Program-made: the position numbers and the translations under genes
Notes under the pieces: model-generated
The model's database searches: none
What the model saw: only the letters and a program-made list of their open reading frames with translations
Told to the model about the DNA's origin: nothing
Shown here: positions 10,210 to 18,193 of the stretch, in pieces
Layout of the letters: each line of letters begins with the position of its first letter
How positions within the stretch are numbered: position 1 is the stretch's first letter
NCBI GenBank assembly: GCA_045638445.1
Contig: JAZUBJ010000106.1
Coordinates: 1 to 40,045, forward strand
Length of the DNA: 40,045 nucleotides
Reading direction: 5' to 3'
Source: Bacilli bacterium
Lineage (GTDB): Bacteria; Bacillota_I; Bacilli_A; RF39; UBA660

Positions 10210-11340
10210 ATGAACGTAAATACAAGAGATTTAGGTTTTATAAAATTCAATGGTGAAGAAATGAACTGGTTTAAGTTCAATGGTGTAACAGTTTATGAGA
10301 GTTGGAGAGAACTTATCGCTAGTGGAGTTCCGCCATTAAGTATTTATTCTAGTGGTAGAGATTTGTTAAATTATAAAATGTATGGTAATAGTAGACAAGA
10401 TGGAGTACCTACACCAGAAGCACCAATTGAAGTTGAGAGTGTTGGGATTAAAACACCAAATTTATATGACAAAGAAAAATATCCATTGGATATTGGTTTT
10501 TGGGTTAATCCAGATAATGGCTCAGTTTCCACGTCTACTAATTATAATGCCACAAAATTAGAAATGCCAATAGAACCTAATACTACATACACAATTAATC
10601 ACATATCAGCTAACGATGCTTCTAGTGTTGTATTCTATGATGCTGACAAAAAGTATATATCAGGAACTAGAAATGGTGTAGGATTTACAACACCATCAAA
10701 TTGTAAATATATCAGATTTTCAGTAGGAATTAACGTTGACCCAAATACTGTTCAAATGAATTATGGTACAGAAATATTAGGTTTCGAACCATTTGGTTAT
10801 AGAATACCGGTTAGAGCAAGTAATGGAAAAGAAGAGGTAATAACAAATATATATTTACATGAACCATTAAGAAAAATTAATGAGCATATAGATTATATAG
10901 ATTTTGAGAAAGGTATAGTTTATAGGGCTATACAAAAATTTTATATAAAAGATTTTGTATGGAGCAAACACGCAACTTATCCATACATTTACAGTGTTTA
11001 TAGCTCTTTGCTTGGCGGCTCAACTGGTGTCAACCCTATATCTAATATACTTGATAGTACATCTTATTTACCACCAAAGAGTATTAAAGATATGACAAAA
11101 GATTATTGTATCAAAATGCATAACACATCAATGTCTCTTTATATTTCTGATAGTGTTCATACAACCGCCGAAGAAATGGTTAATTATTTAGGTAATGGAT
11201 ATTTTATAATCATAGCCCAAACACCGACAGAGGAAACAATAGAATTACCAAATATAAAAACATTAAAAGGAAATATAACAATAGATATAGATGATAGTAT
11301 ACAACCTAGTAATATGGAAATTGTTTATATGGGAAAGTGA
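10210..11340 (+). CDS. Tail fibre / receptor-binding module protein
   Basis: 376 aa. Clear paralogy to the third module of ORF 4017-7427: PTPEAPIEVESVG vs PSPDYPSEIKSVG, VFYDADKKYISG vs IFYDKDKNFIKG, HEPLRKI vs DEPLRSL. Confidence 0.5.
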   Translation: MNVNTRDLGFIKFNGEEMNWFKFNGVTVYESWRELIASGVPPLSIYSSGRDLLNYKMYGNSRQDGVPTPEAPIEVESVGIKTPNLYDKEKYPLDIGFWVNPDNGSVSTSTNYNATKLEMPIEPNTTYTINHISANDASSVVFYDADKKYISGTRNGVGFTTPSNCKYIRFSVGINVDPNTVQMNYGTEILGFEPFGYRIPVRASNGKEEVITNIYLHEPLRKINEHIDYIDFEKGIVYRAIQKFYIKDFVWSKHATYPYIYSVYSSLLGGSTGVNPISNILDSTSYLPPKSIKDMTKDYCIKMHNTSMSLYISDSVHTTAEEMVNYLGNGYFIIIAQTPTEETIELPNIKTLKGNITIDIDDSIQPSNMEIVYMGK

Positions 11341-11349
11341 GGTGAAATT

Positions 11350-11655
11350 ATGGAATTTATACAAAATTATCTTTTTGAAATTTTAGCAACCATAATTACA
11401 GCATTGGGTTCTTTTATAGGGGTTAGTATTAAGAACACATATACAAAATATATAAATACTAAGACAAAAAAAGAAATAGTAAAAGATACAGTTAATTATG
11501 TAGAGCAAGTCTTCAAAGATATTCATGGGGAAGAAAAACTTGAAATGGCAAAAAGAAAATCAATAGAATGGTTAAACGAAAAAGGAATTAAGATTAGTGA
11601 AACTGAACTAGAAATATTAATTGAAAGTGCAGTAAACGCTTTAAAAGGAGAATAA
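11350..11655 (+). CDS. Holin (single N-terminal TM, charged C-terminal tail)
   Basis: 101 aa with TM segment LFEILATIITALGSFIGVSI, immediately upstream of the endolysin. Confidence 0.55.
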   Translation: MEFIQNYLFEILATIITALGSFIGVSIKNTYTKYINTKTKKEIVKDTVNYVEQVFKDIHGEEKLEMAKRKSIEWLNEKGIKISETELEILIESAVNALKGE

Positions 11656-11659
11656 TAAA

Positions 11660-12493
11660 ATGGAATGCAGGGTTTTAGAAAGTAAAAATTGTAGAATAAC
11701 AAGCGATTATGGAAAAAGAGGTAATAGTTTTCATCATGGCGTTGATATTGTTAAATATTATAGTGAATTAGATTATATTGTAGCTCATTCAGACGGAAAA
11801 GTTATTGAATGTAGAGATGGCTTAGGCAATATGAAAGGTAGTGGCTCTTATGGAAATTATGTTAAAATAGACCATGGTAATGGATATTGTACTTTATATG
11901 CACATATGGAAAAAGGACTTAAAGTTTCAAAATCTCAAACAGTTAAAAAAGGACAAAGAATTGGGTACATGGGTAATAGTGGTGATTCTAACGGAGGACA
12001 CTTGCATTTTGAATTATGGGAAAATGGTTCAAGAATAAATCCAACTGATTATTTAAACAAAGATTTACCTACAAATAATAAAAATGTAAATGTTTATTAT
12101 AGAGTTAAAACTCAAAAACATGGATGGTTGCCAGAAGTAAAAAACTTAGAAGATTATGCAGGATGGGAAAACAGCCCTGTTACTGATGTCGCTATTAAAG
12201 TTGATAAAGGTAGCATTAAATATAGAGTTCACATTAAAGGTAAAGGATGGCTACCGTATGTTACTGGTTATAATGTTAAAGATGTAAATAATGGTTACGC
12301 TGGAGATGGTAGAATAATTGATGCTATTGAAGTTTATTATTATACACCAAATGACATAAGACCATATAAAAGAGCAAAATATAAAGTAAATAATTATTCT
12401 TGGCAATACGATAATGAAAAAACTAAGGGGCAAGATGGTTATGCTGGATTATTTGGAGTAAATGTTACTAAATTCCAAATCACAATTGAATAA
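11660..12493 (+). CDS. Endolysin: M23 (LytM-type) metallopeptidase domain plus three ChW-like cell-wall-binding repeats
   Basis: M23 motifs HHGVD (HxxxD) and GGHLHFE (HxH). The C-terminus has three roughly 40-aa repeats with Y-R-V-x-x-x-x-x-G-W-L-P and AG...I-x-A-I-x-V patterns. Confidence 0.85.
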   Translation: MECRVLESKNCRITSDYGKRGNSFHHGVDIVKYYSELDYIVAHSDGKVIECRDGLGNMKGSGSYGNYVKIDHGNGYCTLYAHMEKGLKVSKSQTVKKGQRIGYMGNSGDSNGGHLHFELWENGSRINPTDYLNKDLPTNNKNVNVYYRVKTQKHGWLPEVKNLEDYAGWENSPVTDVAIKVDKGSIKYRVHIKGKGWLPYVTGYNVKDVNNGYAGDGRIIDAIEVYYYTPNDIRPYKRAKYKVNNYSWQYDNEKTKGQDGYAGLFGVNVTKFQITIE

Positions 12494-12520
12494 AAAAGAC
12501 CTATTTATATAGGTTTTTTT
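12493..12520 (+). terminator. Rho-independent terminator ending the late operon
   Basis: A tract, acctat-ttat-ataggt hairpin, then a T7 run. Confidence 0.6.
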
Positions 12521-12559
12521 ATTTTATTTAAAAAATATTTAAAAAGTATTAAAAAAGTA

Positions 12560-12588
12560 TTGACTTAGTATCTAAAAGGTGCTATACT
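12560..12588 (+). promoter_or_regulatory. Sigma-A type promoter (TTGACT-17-TATACT)
   Basis: Near-consensus hexamers with a 17-nt spacer, upstream of two small genes. Confidence 0.55.
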
Positions 12589-12620
12589 TAGTATGTAAAA
12601 TAAAGAGGGAGAGATGAAAA

Positions 12621-12770
12621 ATGATTTTACAAATTGAAATAAAAAAGGTGGAACGGCTGATAAATGAAAAAGGTTATATACCAGTATTAAATGGTAATAA
12701 AATAATATTATTAATAAATAAAATAACTGGTAAAACATATAAACCAAAAAAAGAATTAGGAATTGTTTAA
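12621..12770 (+). CDS. Small hypothetical protein (49 aa, MILQIEIKKVERL...)
   Basis: Not in the ORF track because it is under 60 aa. RBS AAGAGGGAGAG lies upstream and it is in an operon with the next gene. Confidence 0.4.
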   Translation: MILQIEIKKVERLINEKGYIPVLNGNKIILLINKITGKTYKPKKELGIV

Positions 12771-12779
12771 GGAGGAAAT

Positions 12780-12980
12780 ATGAAAAAGAAATTAAGTTGG
12801 GTTGCAATTGGGAACATGGTTGGATTAATTGGGAGTGTAGTATTTATATTAGATACTATATATCAAGTAATATTTAAAAGAGCAACACTTACATACTTTG
12901 GTTTAGGATTAACAATAGTGGCTTTTATAGTTTTTGGTGCCAATTTTAATTACTTTGAAGAAAGATTATCAAAAAAATAA
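12780..12980 (+). CDS. Small two-TM membrane protein (66 aa), moron-like
   Basis: RBS AAGGAGG and two hydrophobic helices. It occupies the position between the lysis and early genes where temperate relatives carry lysogeny or exclusion genes. Confidence 0.6.
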   Translation: MKKKLSWVAIGNMVGLIGSVVFILDTIYQVIFKRATLTYFGLGLTIVAFIVFGANFNYFEERLSKK

Positions 12981-13001
12981 TAAAAAAATACATTTCATAT
13001 A

Positions 13002-13030
13002 TTGTTTAAATATTAAAATTGTGTTATAAT
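13002..13030 (+). promoter_or_regulatory. Early promoter (TTGTTT-17-TGtTATAAT)
   Basis: Extended -10 consensus TGTTATAAT at 13022-13030. Confidence 0.55.
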
Positions 13031-13056
13031 TGTATTAACAATGAAAGGAGGTTAAA

Positions 13057-13206
13057 ATGAAAATTAAAGATAAAAATATGATAAATTTGCAAATTGACGG
13101 AGATTTAAAGACCAAATTGTCAGAAATTGCAGAAAGAAATGGATTACCATTGGCTACATTTATAAGATATGTTTTATTAAAATATGTAGAAAAAGAGGAT
13201 AAGTAA
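13057..13206 (+). CDS. Ribbon-helix-helix (CopG/Arc-like) DNA-binding protein, 49 aa
   Basis: Not in the track. RBS AAAGGAGG. Sequence INLQIDGDLKTKLSEIAERNGLPLATFIRYVLLKY fits the beta-strand, helix, G-x-S/P turn, helix RHH pattern. Confidence 0.65.
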   Translation: MKIKDKNMINLQIDGDLKTKLSEIAERNGLPLATFIRYVLLKYVEKEDK

Positions 13207-14646
13207 ATGACAAAGGAAGAATATTTAAAGGTTTTAAAAGATAGTTTCAAAGATTTCAAGTTTTATGAAGATGGGCATTATTACGAATGCAAAGGAAAAC
13301 GTGTTGGAATATCAGTTACTAGATTTATTGCTGAATATGAAAACGAATTCAATGAAGAAGAAATGGCGGAAAAAGTTGCTTTAAAAAATTATAAAACTAA
13401 TTTAGATACAGGAAGTTTTTTACCAGATACAATAGAAGAAGTTTTAAAAGAATGGCATTATAAAAGAGATTTTAGTTGTGAAAAAGGAACAACTTGTCAT
13501 GAATTTGCACAAAGTTTGTGGAGTGGAAACGAATACAAAGCTTTACACTTTGACGAAAGCGAAGAATATATGAGAGCATTAGTTAGAGTAAGAGGACAAG
13601 CAATAAATTTTTGGGCAGATTATAGAGAGCATTTAGAACATTTAATTGATGAACTTCCAATTGGTTCTGAAGAATATAATATTGCCTCATGTGTGGATCA
13701 CTTATTTTACAACAAATTAACTGGTGGTTTGGTTCTAGTAGATTACAAGACAAACTCACTTATGGATGGGTATAATAAGAAAGCATACAAGAAAGCAATG
13801 AAAGTTCCATTAAGTCACATAAACGATGATGCTTTACATCACTACTACATACAATTAAGTATTTACAAGTATTTAATTGAGAAATACACAGAATTAAAAG
13901 TTGATGAAATGTTTATTGTGTATATGAGCGAAAATATTGAAAATTATGAAATTATCGACATTCCTTATTTAAAGGAAGAAGTAGAAAAGATTTTAGAGAA
14001 TAGGAGAGAAAAAAATATGAAAAGTGTTCCAGTATTATTGATTGGAAAAAGTGGAAGTGGTAAATCTGCTTCAATGAGAAATTTTAAGAAAGAGGAAATT
14101 GCAATTGCAAATGTTTTGGGGAAACCATTACCATTTAAAAGTAATTTAGATGCACCAAAGGTTGACAACTACGATATACTATTAAAAGCTATACAAAACA
14201 CAGATAAGAAAGTTATAGTTGTGGATGATGCAAATTACTTAATTACAAATGAATTTATGAATAAATCAAGTGTTAAGGGATTTGATAAATATAATGAGAT
14301 GGGTAATAATTTCTTTAACCTTATCAACGGAATTAAGAACATCGAGGGCGGTAAGACAGTTTACTTAATAATGCACGAAGATACTGATGATGATGGAAAT
14401 GTTAAACCTAAAACAATTGGTAAATTGCTTGATGATAAAGTTAATATTCAAGGGATGTTTACTATTTGTTTAAGAAGTATGTATGATAATGGCAATTACA
14501 TTTTTAGATTAAAAACAAATGGTCTAGATTGTGTTAAGACACCAATTGGTTTATTTGAAGAAGAACAAATGGAAAACGATTTAAAATTAGTTGATACTAA
14601 GATTAGAGAATATTATGAATTAGATAAAGAAGGTGCTACTGAATAA
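13207..14646 (+). CDS. Fusion of a PD-(D/E)XK (Cas4/RecB-like) nuclease and a Sak4-like P-loop ATPase (recombination protein)
   Basis: N-terminal half carries D...VDYK...QLSIYKY nuclease motifs. C-terminal half carries Walker A LLIGKSGSGKSAS and Walker B VIVVDDANY, then a core-only RecA-like region ending FRLKTNG. Confidence 0.65.
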   Translation: MTKEEYLKVLKDSFKDFKFYEDGHYYECKGKRVGISVTRFIAEYENEFNEEEMAEKVALKNYKTNLDTGSFLPDTIEEVLKEWHYKRDFSCEKGTTCHEFAQSLWSGNEYKALHFDESEEYMRALVRVRGQAINFWADYREHLEHLIDELPIGSEEYNIASCVDHLFYNKLTGGLVLVDYKTNSLMDGYNKKAYKKAMKVPLSHINDDALHHYYIQLSIYKYLIEKYTELKVDEMFIVYMSENIENYEIIDIPYLKEEVEKILENRREKNMKSVPVLLIGKSGSGKSASMRNFKKEEIAIANVLGKPLPFKSNLDAPKVDNYDILLKAIQNTDKKVIVVDDANYLITNEFMNKSSVKGFDKYNEMGNNFFNLINGIKNIEGGKTVYLIMHEDTDDDGNVKPKTIGKLLDDKVNIQGMFTICLRSMYDNGNYIFRLKTNGLDCVKTPIGLFEEEQMENDLKLVDTKIREYYELDKEGATE

Positions 14647-14777
14647 TGAAGATAGTAATACCTTCAGAATATAGAGATTTATTTTCGGAAGATATAATGA
14701 CATTAGAAGATATATTAGAAGTTGTAAAAGAATTAAATAATGAAATTAATAAATTAAATGAAAGAGAGGAAAAATAA
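14646..14777 (+). CDS. Small hypothetical protein (43 aa)
   Basis: TAATG overlaps at both ends suggest translational coupling. Not in the track. Confidence 0.35.
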   Translation: MKIVIPSEYRDLFSEDIMTLEDILEVVKELNNEINKLNEREEK

Positions 14778-15007
14778 TGATTGAAAATCTTGGTAGAGTA
14801 GAAGAATTGTTAAGCAAAATTAATATAGAACTTGATAGTTTAGAAAGATTGTTTGGTGGTTGTAGAGCAACATCTTCTGAGGAATGTTGCGAAGTACCAA
14901 AAGAAGAATGTATTATGGATACAGTAAATATAAGTTTACAAAAAGCAGATTATGCTTTATGTGTATTAGAAAGAATTAATAATATTTTAAAAGGAGGAAA
15001 TAAATAA
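14777..15007 (+). CDS. Hypothetical protein (76 aa)
   Basis: Coupled ORF in the recombination operon. No recognisable motif. Confidence 0.5.
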   Translation: MIENLGRVEELLSKINIELDSLERLFGGCRATSSEECCEVPKEECIMDTVNISLQKADYALCVLERINNILKGGNK

Positions 15008-15615
15008 TGGAAAGAATTGAAAATTGGGAAACAGTAGAAGCGAAAGGAATGGATGATTTTAAAGCCCTACCAATTGGGGCTTACGAGTGTGTTATTAAGG
15101 ATGCTAGAGTGAATGTAAATGAAGAAACAGGAAAGAAAACATTCAAAGTATCAGTAGATATTGCCAAAGGTGAATATCAAGATTATTTCTTAAAGAGATA
15201 TACAAACAATACAAATACTGATAAAAAATGGGATAATAACGCAGTTAGATACTTAGGATTTGAGGGTGATAATGTTTCATACTTTAAAGGATTTATCACT
15301 AGCGTAGAAAACTCAAACACAGGTTATAAATGGAATTGGGATGAAACTACATTAAAAGGCAAGAAAATCTGTGGTGTGTTCCAATATGAAGAGTACGAAA
15401 AACAAGATGGATCTAGAGGTGTTAAGGTTAGACTTAACAAGTTCAGAAGCATGGATAAAATGAAAGATATTGAAGTAAGTGATGCAGTTAAAACTTTAGA
15501 TGGTAAATATATTTCAATAGATGATTACAACGAAAGAAATGATGAAAACAAGCAATTAAATGACTTATTCGGCGATTCAGTTGTAGAGATTTCTTCTGGT
15601 GACTTACCATTCTAA
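15007..15615 (+). CDS. SSB-like protein (DUF669-like) with a bacterial SSB-type C-terminal tip
   Basis: 202 aa following the Sak4-like gene. It ends in SSGDLPF, resembling the D-(I/L)-P-F tip through which bacterial SSBs recruit partner proteins. Confidence 0.55.
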   Translation: MERIENWETVEAKGMDDFKALPIGAYECVIKDARVNVNEETGKKTFKVSVDIAKGEYQDYFLKRYTNNTNTDKKWDNNAVRYLGFEGDNVSYFKGFITSVENSNTGYKWNWDETTLKGKKICGVFQYEEYEKQDGSRGVKVRLNKFRSMDKMKDIEVSDAVKTLDGKYISIDDYNERNDENKQLNDLFGDSVVEISSGDLPF

Positions 15616-15676
15616 TTATGAAAATAAAGGGCTTTGAAAAAAGTTCTTTTTTTGTGTATTTTTTACGAAATAATTA

Positions 15677-15704
15677 TTGACATTTTATATATGTGTGTTA
15701 TAAT
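15677..15704 (+). promoter_or_regulatory. Strong sigma-A type promoter (TTGACA-16-TGtTATAAT)
   Basis: Consensus -35 and extended -10, upstream of the HTH and replication genes. Confidence 0.65.
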
Positions 15705-15731
15705 TATATCAGATAGAAGGTAGGTGAAGAA

Positions 15732-15929
15732 ATGTATATTGCGATTACAGAAAAATTTGATACTATAAATCAAAGAGCGGTGGCTGAAAAAGTCGGTATT
15801 ACACCAGCAACAATGTGTAGGATAATCAATGGTAAACAAACAACAAATAAGACAACAGCTTATTGTATTGTTAAAACCATTCATAACGAAGCAATGATTG
15901 AAGAATATTTTAAAAAGAAGGGAGAATAA
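15732..15929 (+). CDS. Cro/XRE-like helix-turn-helix regulator (65 aa)
   Basis: NQRAVAEKVGITPATMCRIINGK fits the HTH_3 pattern. It is the first gene of the replication operon. Confidence 0.65.
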   Translation: MYIAITEKFDTINQRAVAEKVGITPATMCRIINGKQTTNKTTAYCIVKTIHNEAMIEEYFKKKGE

Positions 15930-15932
15930 CAG

Positions 15933-16523
15933 ATGGCTAAGAATAGTTTTATATTATATCATGACCAAAAAGAAGTTATAGATGAACTTGATGATGAACA
16001 AGCAGGAAAACTTATTAAAGCCATTTATGAATATAATGTAAATAAAAAATTAACTTTAACAGGGGCATTGAAATTGGTATTTATTCCCTTTAAAAATTCA
16101 TTTGATAGAAATGATGATAAGTGGGATGATATAGTCAAAAAAAGGAGTGAAGCAGGCAAAAAAGGAATGGAAAAGAGGTGGAAAAACGAACAAAATATAA
16201 CAAATGATAACAAATGCTATCAAACGATAACAAACATAACTGATAGTGTTAGTGTAAGTGTTAGTGATAGTGTAAGTGATAGTGTGAGTGTAATAAATAT
16301 AGACTACCCACGCACACACACCGAAGTTTTTGATTTTTGTTTTTTCCTTTTTCCGGATTGTGTGGAAAAAGATTTGAAAGATAGTTGCAAGAAATTTTAT
16401 AATTATTATCAAGAGAAGAAATGGGCAGGAGTTAATGATTGGAAAGCGAAAGCGGAGATATGGGTGCAAGATGATATTAAGGATAAAAAAATAAAAGTGA
16501 TAGATACGAGTAGGAGGTTGTGA
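15933..16523 (+). CDS. Replisome organiser / replication initiator-like protein with an internal repeat linker
   Basis: 196 aa directly upstream of the DnaB-like helicase. It contains tandem DNA repeats encoding NITNDNKCYQTITNITDSVSVSVSDSVSDSVSV. Confidence 0.5.
   Translation: MAKNSFILYHDQKEVIDELDDEQAGKLIKAIYEYNVNKKLTLTGALKLVFIPFKNSFDRNDDKWDDIVKKRSEAGKKGMEKRWKNEQNITNDNKCYQTITNITDSVSVSVSDSVSDSVSVINIDYPRTHTEVFDFCFFLFPDCVEKDLKDSCKKFYNYYQEKKWAGVNDWKAKAEIWVQDDIKDKKIKVIDTSRRL
16191..16294. repeat. Iteron-like arrays: 5 x 10-bp (caaaNNataa) followed by 9 x 6-bp (tgNNag) tandem repeats; candidate origin of replication
   Basis: Read directly: caaaatataa caaatgataa caaatgctat caaacgataa caaacataac, then tgatag tgttag tgtaag tgttag tgatag tgtaag tgatag tgtgag tgtaat. 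A CA-repeat and a T-rich tract follow. Confidence 0.6.
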
Positions 16524-17749
16524 TGAACTTTAGCAGAAATTACAGAGAAGAAATGGAAAACGAATTTTTGGCTTTGTTATTGAATAAGAATGAGTTATTT
16601 GATATTACGCAAATTAAACCACAATATTTTTCTAGTAAAGATAATGCTAAAATATTTGAGTATTGTAAAGAATGCTACGATAGTTATAAAACTGTTAGTC
16701 CGGTTAAGATAGTTGAAAAACACAAAGATATTGACTTTATTAAAATGGGCGATTTAGTAACAAATACATTTCATCTTAACGAGGCTTGGAAAGAACAAAT
16801 AAAATTAGCCGAAGAAAGTATCGTGAAATATTACAAAGAAGATATCGTAAATATTATGAATAAAAAGTTGGAGCGAAAAGAAATTAGCTATGATATGTTT
16901 ATGAAGCGAATGAAAGAATTGGACGATATTGAATTGGTTAAGGGTAGCACAACGATAAGTGTTGAAGAACTTATGGAGAATATCAACACAGATAATGTGC
17001 AAATTAAATTGAATGGTTTTAGTAAGTTGAATAATTATTTAAACTTAGTTCAAGGTGATTTCTTAATTATTGGTGCGATGACTGGGCAAGGTAAATCAGG
17101 ATTTATGTTAAATCTGATGAATGATTTAATGGATAGATTCCAATGTATTTATTTCAATATGGAAATGAGTAAGTCAACAATTTATAAAAGATTGATTTCG
17201 ATTAAGGCGGATGTTAAGATTGATGATATACTAAGCCCACAGACTGATTATCAAAAGAAATGGATAGAATCAGCAATGCAGAAGATAGAAAATGCTGGAT
17301 TGATTGTAGAACACAAGGCGAATGATATTAAGGCAATTAAAAACATCTTGGTTAAACATAAAGACAAAAAAAGGCACACGATATTGTTTATAGATCACTT
17401 GGGATTAACTAGGGCGGATAATACCAAAAGTTTATATGAACAAGCTACTGAGGTTGCTAAGCAACTAAGACAAATGTGTTTAGAGTATGATTGCACGATT
17501 ATTAGTGCCAGTCAGTTAAATCGTGGGGCATATCAAAGTGAGAAACCTACGTTATCACAATTAAAAGATTCTGGTGAATTAGAAAACAGTGCTAGTAAGG
17601 TAATATTGCTTTATCGCAATGGAAGTGACGATGGAAAGAATCCAATTAGTCAGATTAACATTGATATTGTAAAAAATCGTGATGGGGTTACTGGTTATGT
17701 TGAAATGGAATATAATAAACAAAAACAAATTTTTAAGGAGATAGTGTGA
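16523..17749 (+). CDS. dnaB: Replicative DNA helicase, DnaB-like
   Basis: Walker A GAMTGQGKSG, Walker B FIDHLGL, and SQLNRG and VKNRDG motifs typical of the DnaB C-terminal domain. The ATG at 16523 is preferred (AGGAGG RBS). Confidence 0.85.
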   Translation: MNFSRNYREEMENEFLALLLNKNELFDITQIKPQYFSSKDNAKIFEYCKECYDSYKTVSPVKIVEKHKDIDFIKMGDLVTNTFHLNEAWKEQIKLAEESIVKYYKEDIVNIMNKKLERKEISYDMFMKRMKELDDIELVKGSTTISVEELMENINTDNVQIKLNGFSKLNNYLNLVQGDFLIIGAMTGQGKSGFMLNLMNDLMDRFQCIYFNMEMSKSTIYKRLISIKADVKIDDILSPQTDYQKKWIESAMQKIENAGLIVEHKANDIKAIKNILVKHKDKKRHTILFIDHLGLTRADNTKSLYEQATEVAKQLRQMCLEYDCTIISASQLNRGAYQSEKPTLSQLKDSGELENSASKVILLYRNGSDDGKNPISQINIDIVKNRDGVTGYVEMEYNKQKQIFKEIV

Positions 17750-17750
17750 G

Positions 17751-17867
17751 ATGAAAGAATTATGGAAAATTTTAGAAGAAAATGAAACATTATTAAATTT
17801 ATTTACAACAATAGTATGTTTTGCAATTATAGGTGTGGTTGCAATATTGTGTTGGTTATTTGGGTAG
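17751..17867 (+). CDS. Small membrane peptide (38 aa)
   Basis: Not in the track. The C-terminal half is hydrophobic (TIVCFAIIGVVAILCWLF). Confidence 0.35.
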   Translation: MKELWKILEENETLLNLFTTIVCFAIIGVVAILCWLFG

Positions 17868-17877
17868 GAGGGTAAGA

Positions 17878-17952
17878 ATGATTAGTTTTATATTAGGCGT
17901 AATAGTAGGCATAGTAGTAATGGCAATATTTATAGGAGGTAAGAATGAGTGA
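17878..17952 (+). CDS. Tiny hydrophobic peptide (24 aa, MISFILGVIVGIVVMAIFIGGKNE)
   Basis: Preceded by AGGAGGGTAAGA. The same RBS-start cassette (AGGAGGTAAGAATG) recurs at the next gene. Confidence 0.25.
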   Translation: MISFILGVIVGIVVMAIFIGGKNE

Positions 17953-18193
17953 AGAAAGAAAGGGTATAAATCTATTTGAAGTAAATGGTATTCAATATAC
18001 TGATAATATTCCAGAAAATATGTTTATAGGAATAACTAAAGAACAATATTGTGAATATTTACAACTCCAACAAGAAAACCAACAACTAAAGAATAATTGG
18101 AATGAATTAAAAGAATGGTTGAAATCATTAGGATTATTAACAGTAGTAATGAAAATGCTACAAATGGAAATAGATGGTGATGAGAATGAATAA
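17945..18193 (+). CDS. Hypothetical protein (82 aa)
   Basis: ORF with AGGAGG RBS. No motif recognised. Confidence 0.45.
   Translation: MSEERKGINLFEVNGIQYTDNIPENMFIGITKEQYCEYLQLQQENQQLKNNWNELKEWLKSLGLLTVVMKMLQMEIDGDENE

Noticed and set aside
15616-15660. Possible terminator after the SSB-like gene (aagggctttgaaaaaagttcttttttt)
   Set aside because: The proposed stem needs several G-U pairs and a mismatch. The T run is present but the hairpin is too weak to call confidently.
16191-16294. Tandem short repeats considered as a possible CRISPR array or minisatellite
   Set aside because: The units are only 6-10 bp with no spacers and lie in frame inside a coding gene. They fit iterons or a repeat linker, not CRISPR.
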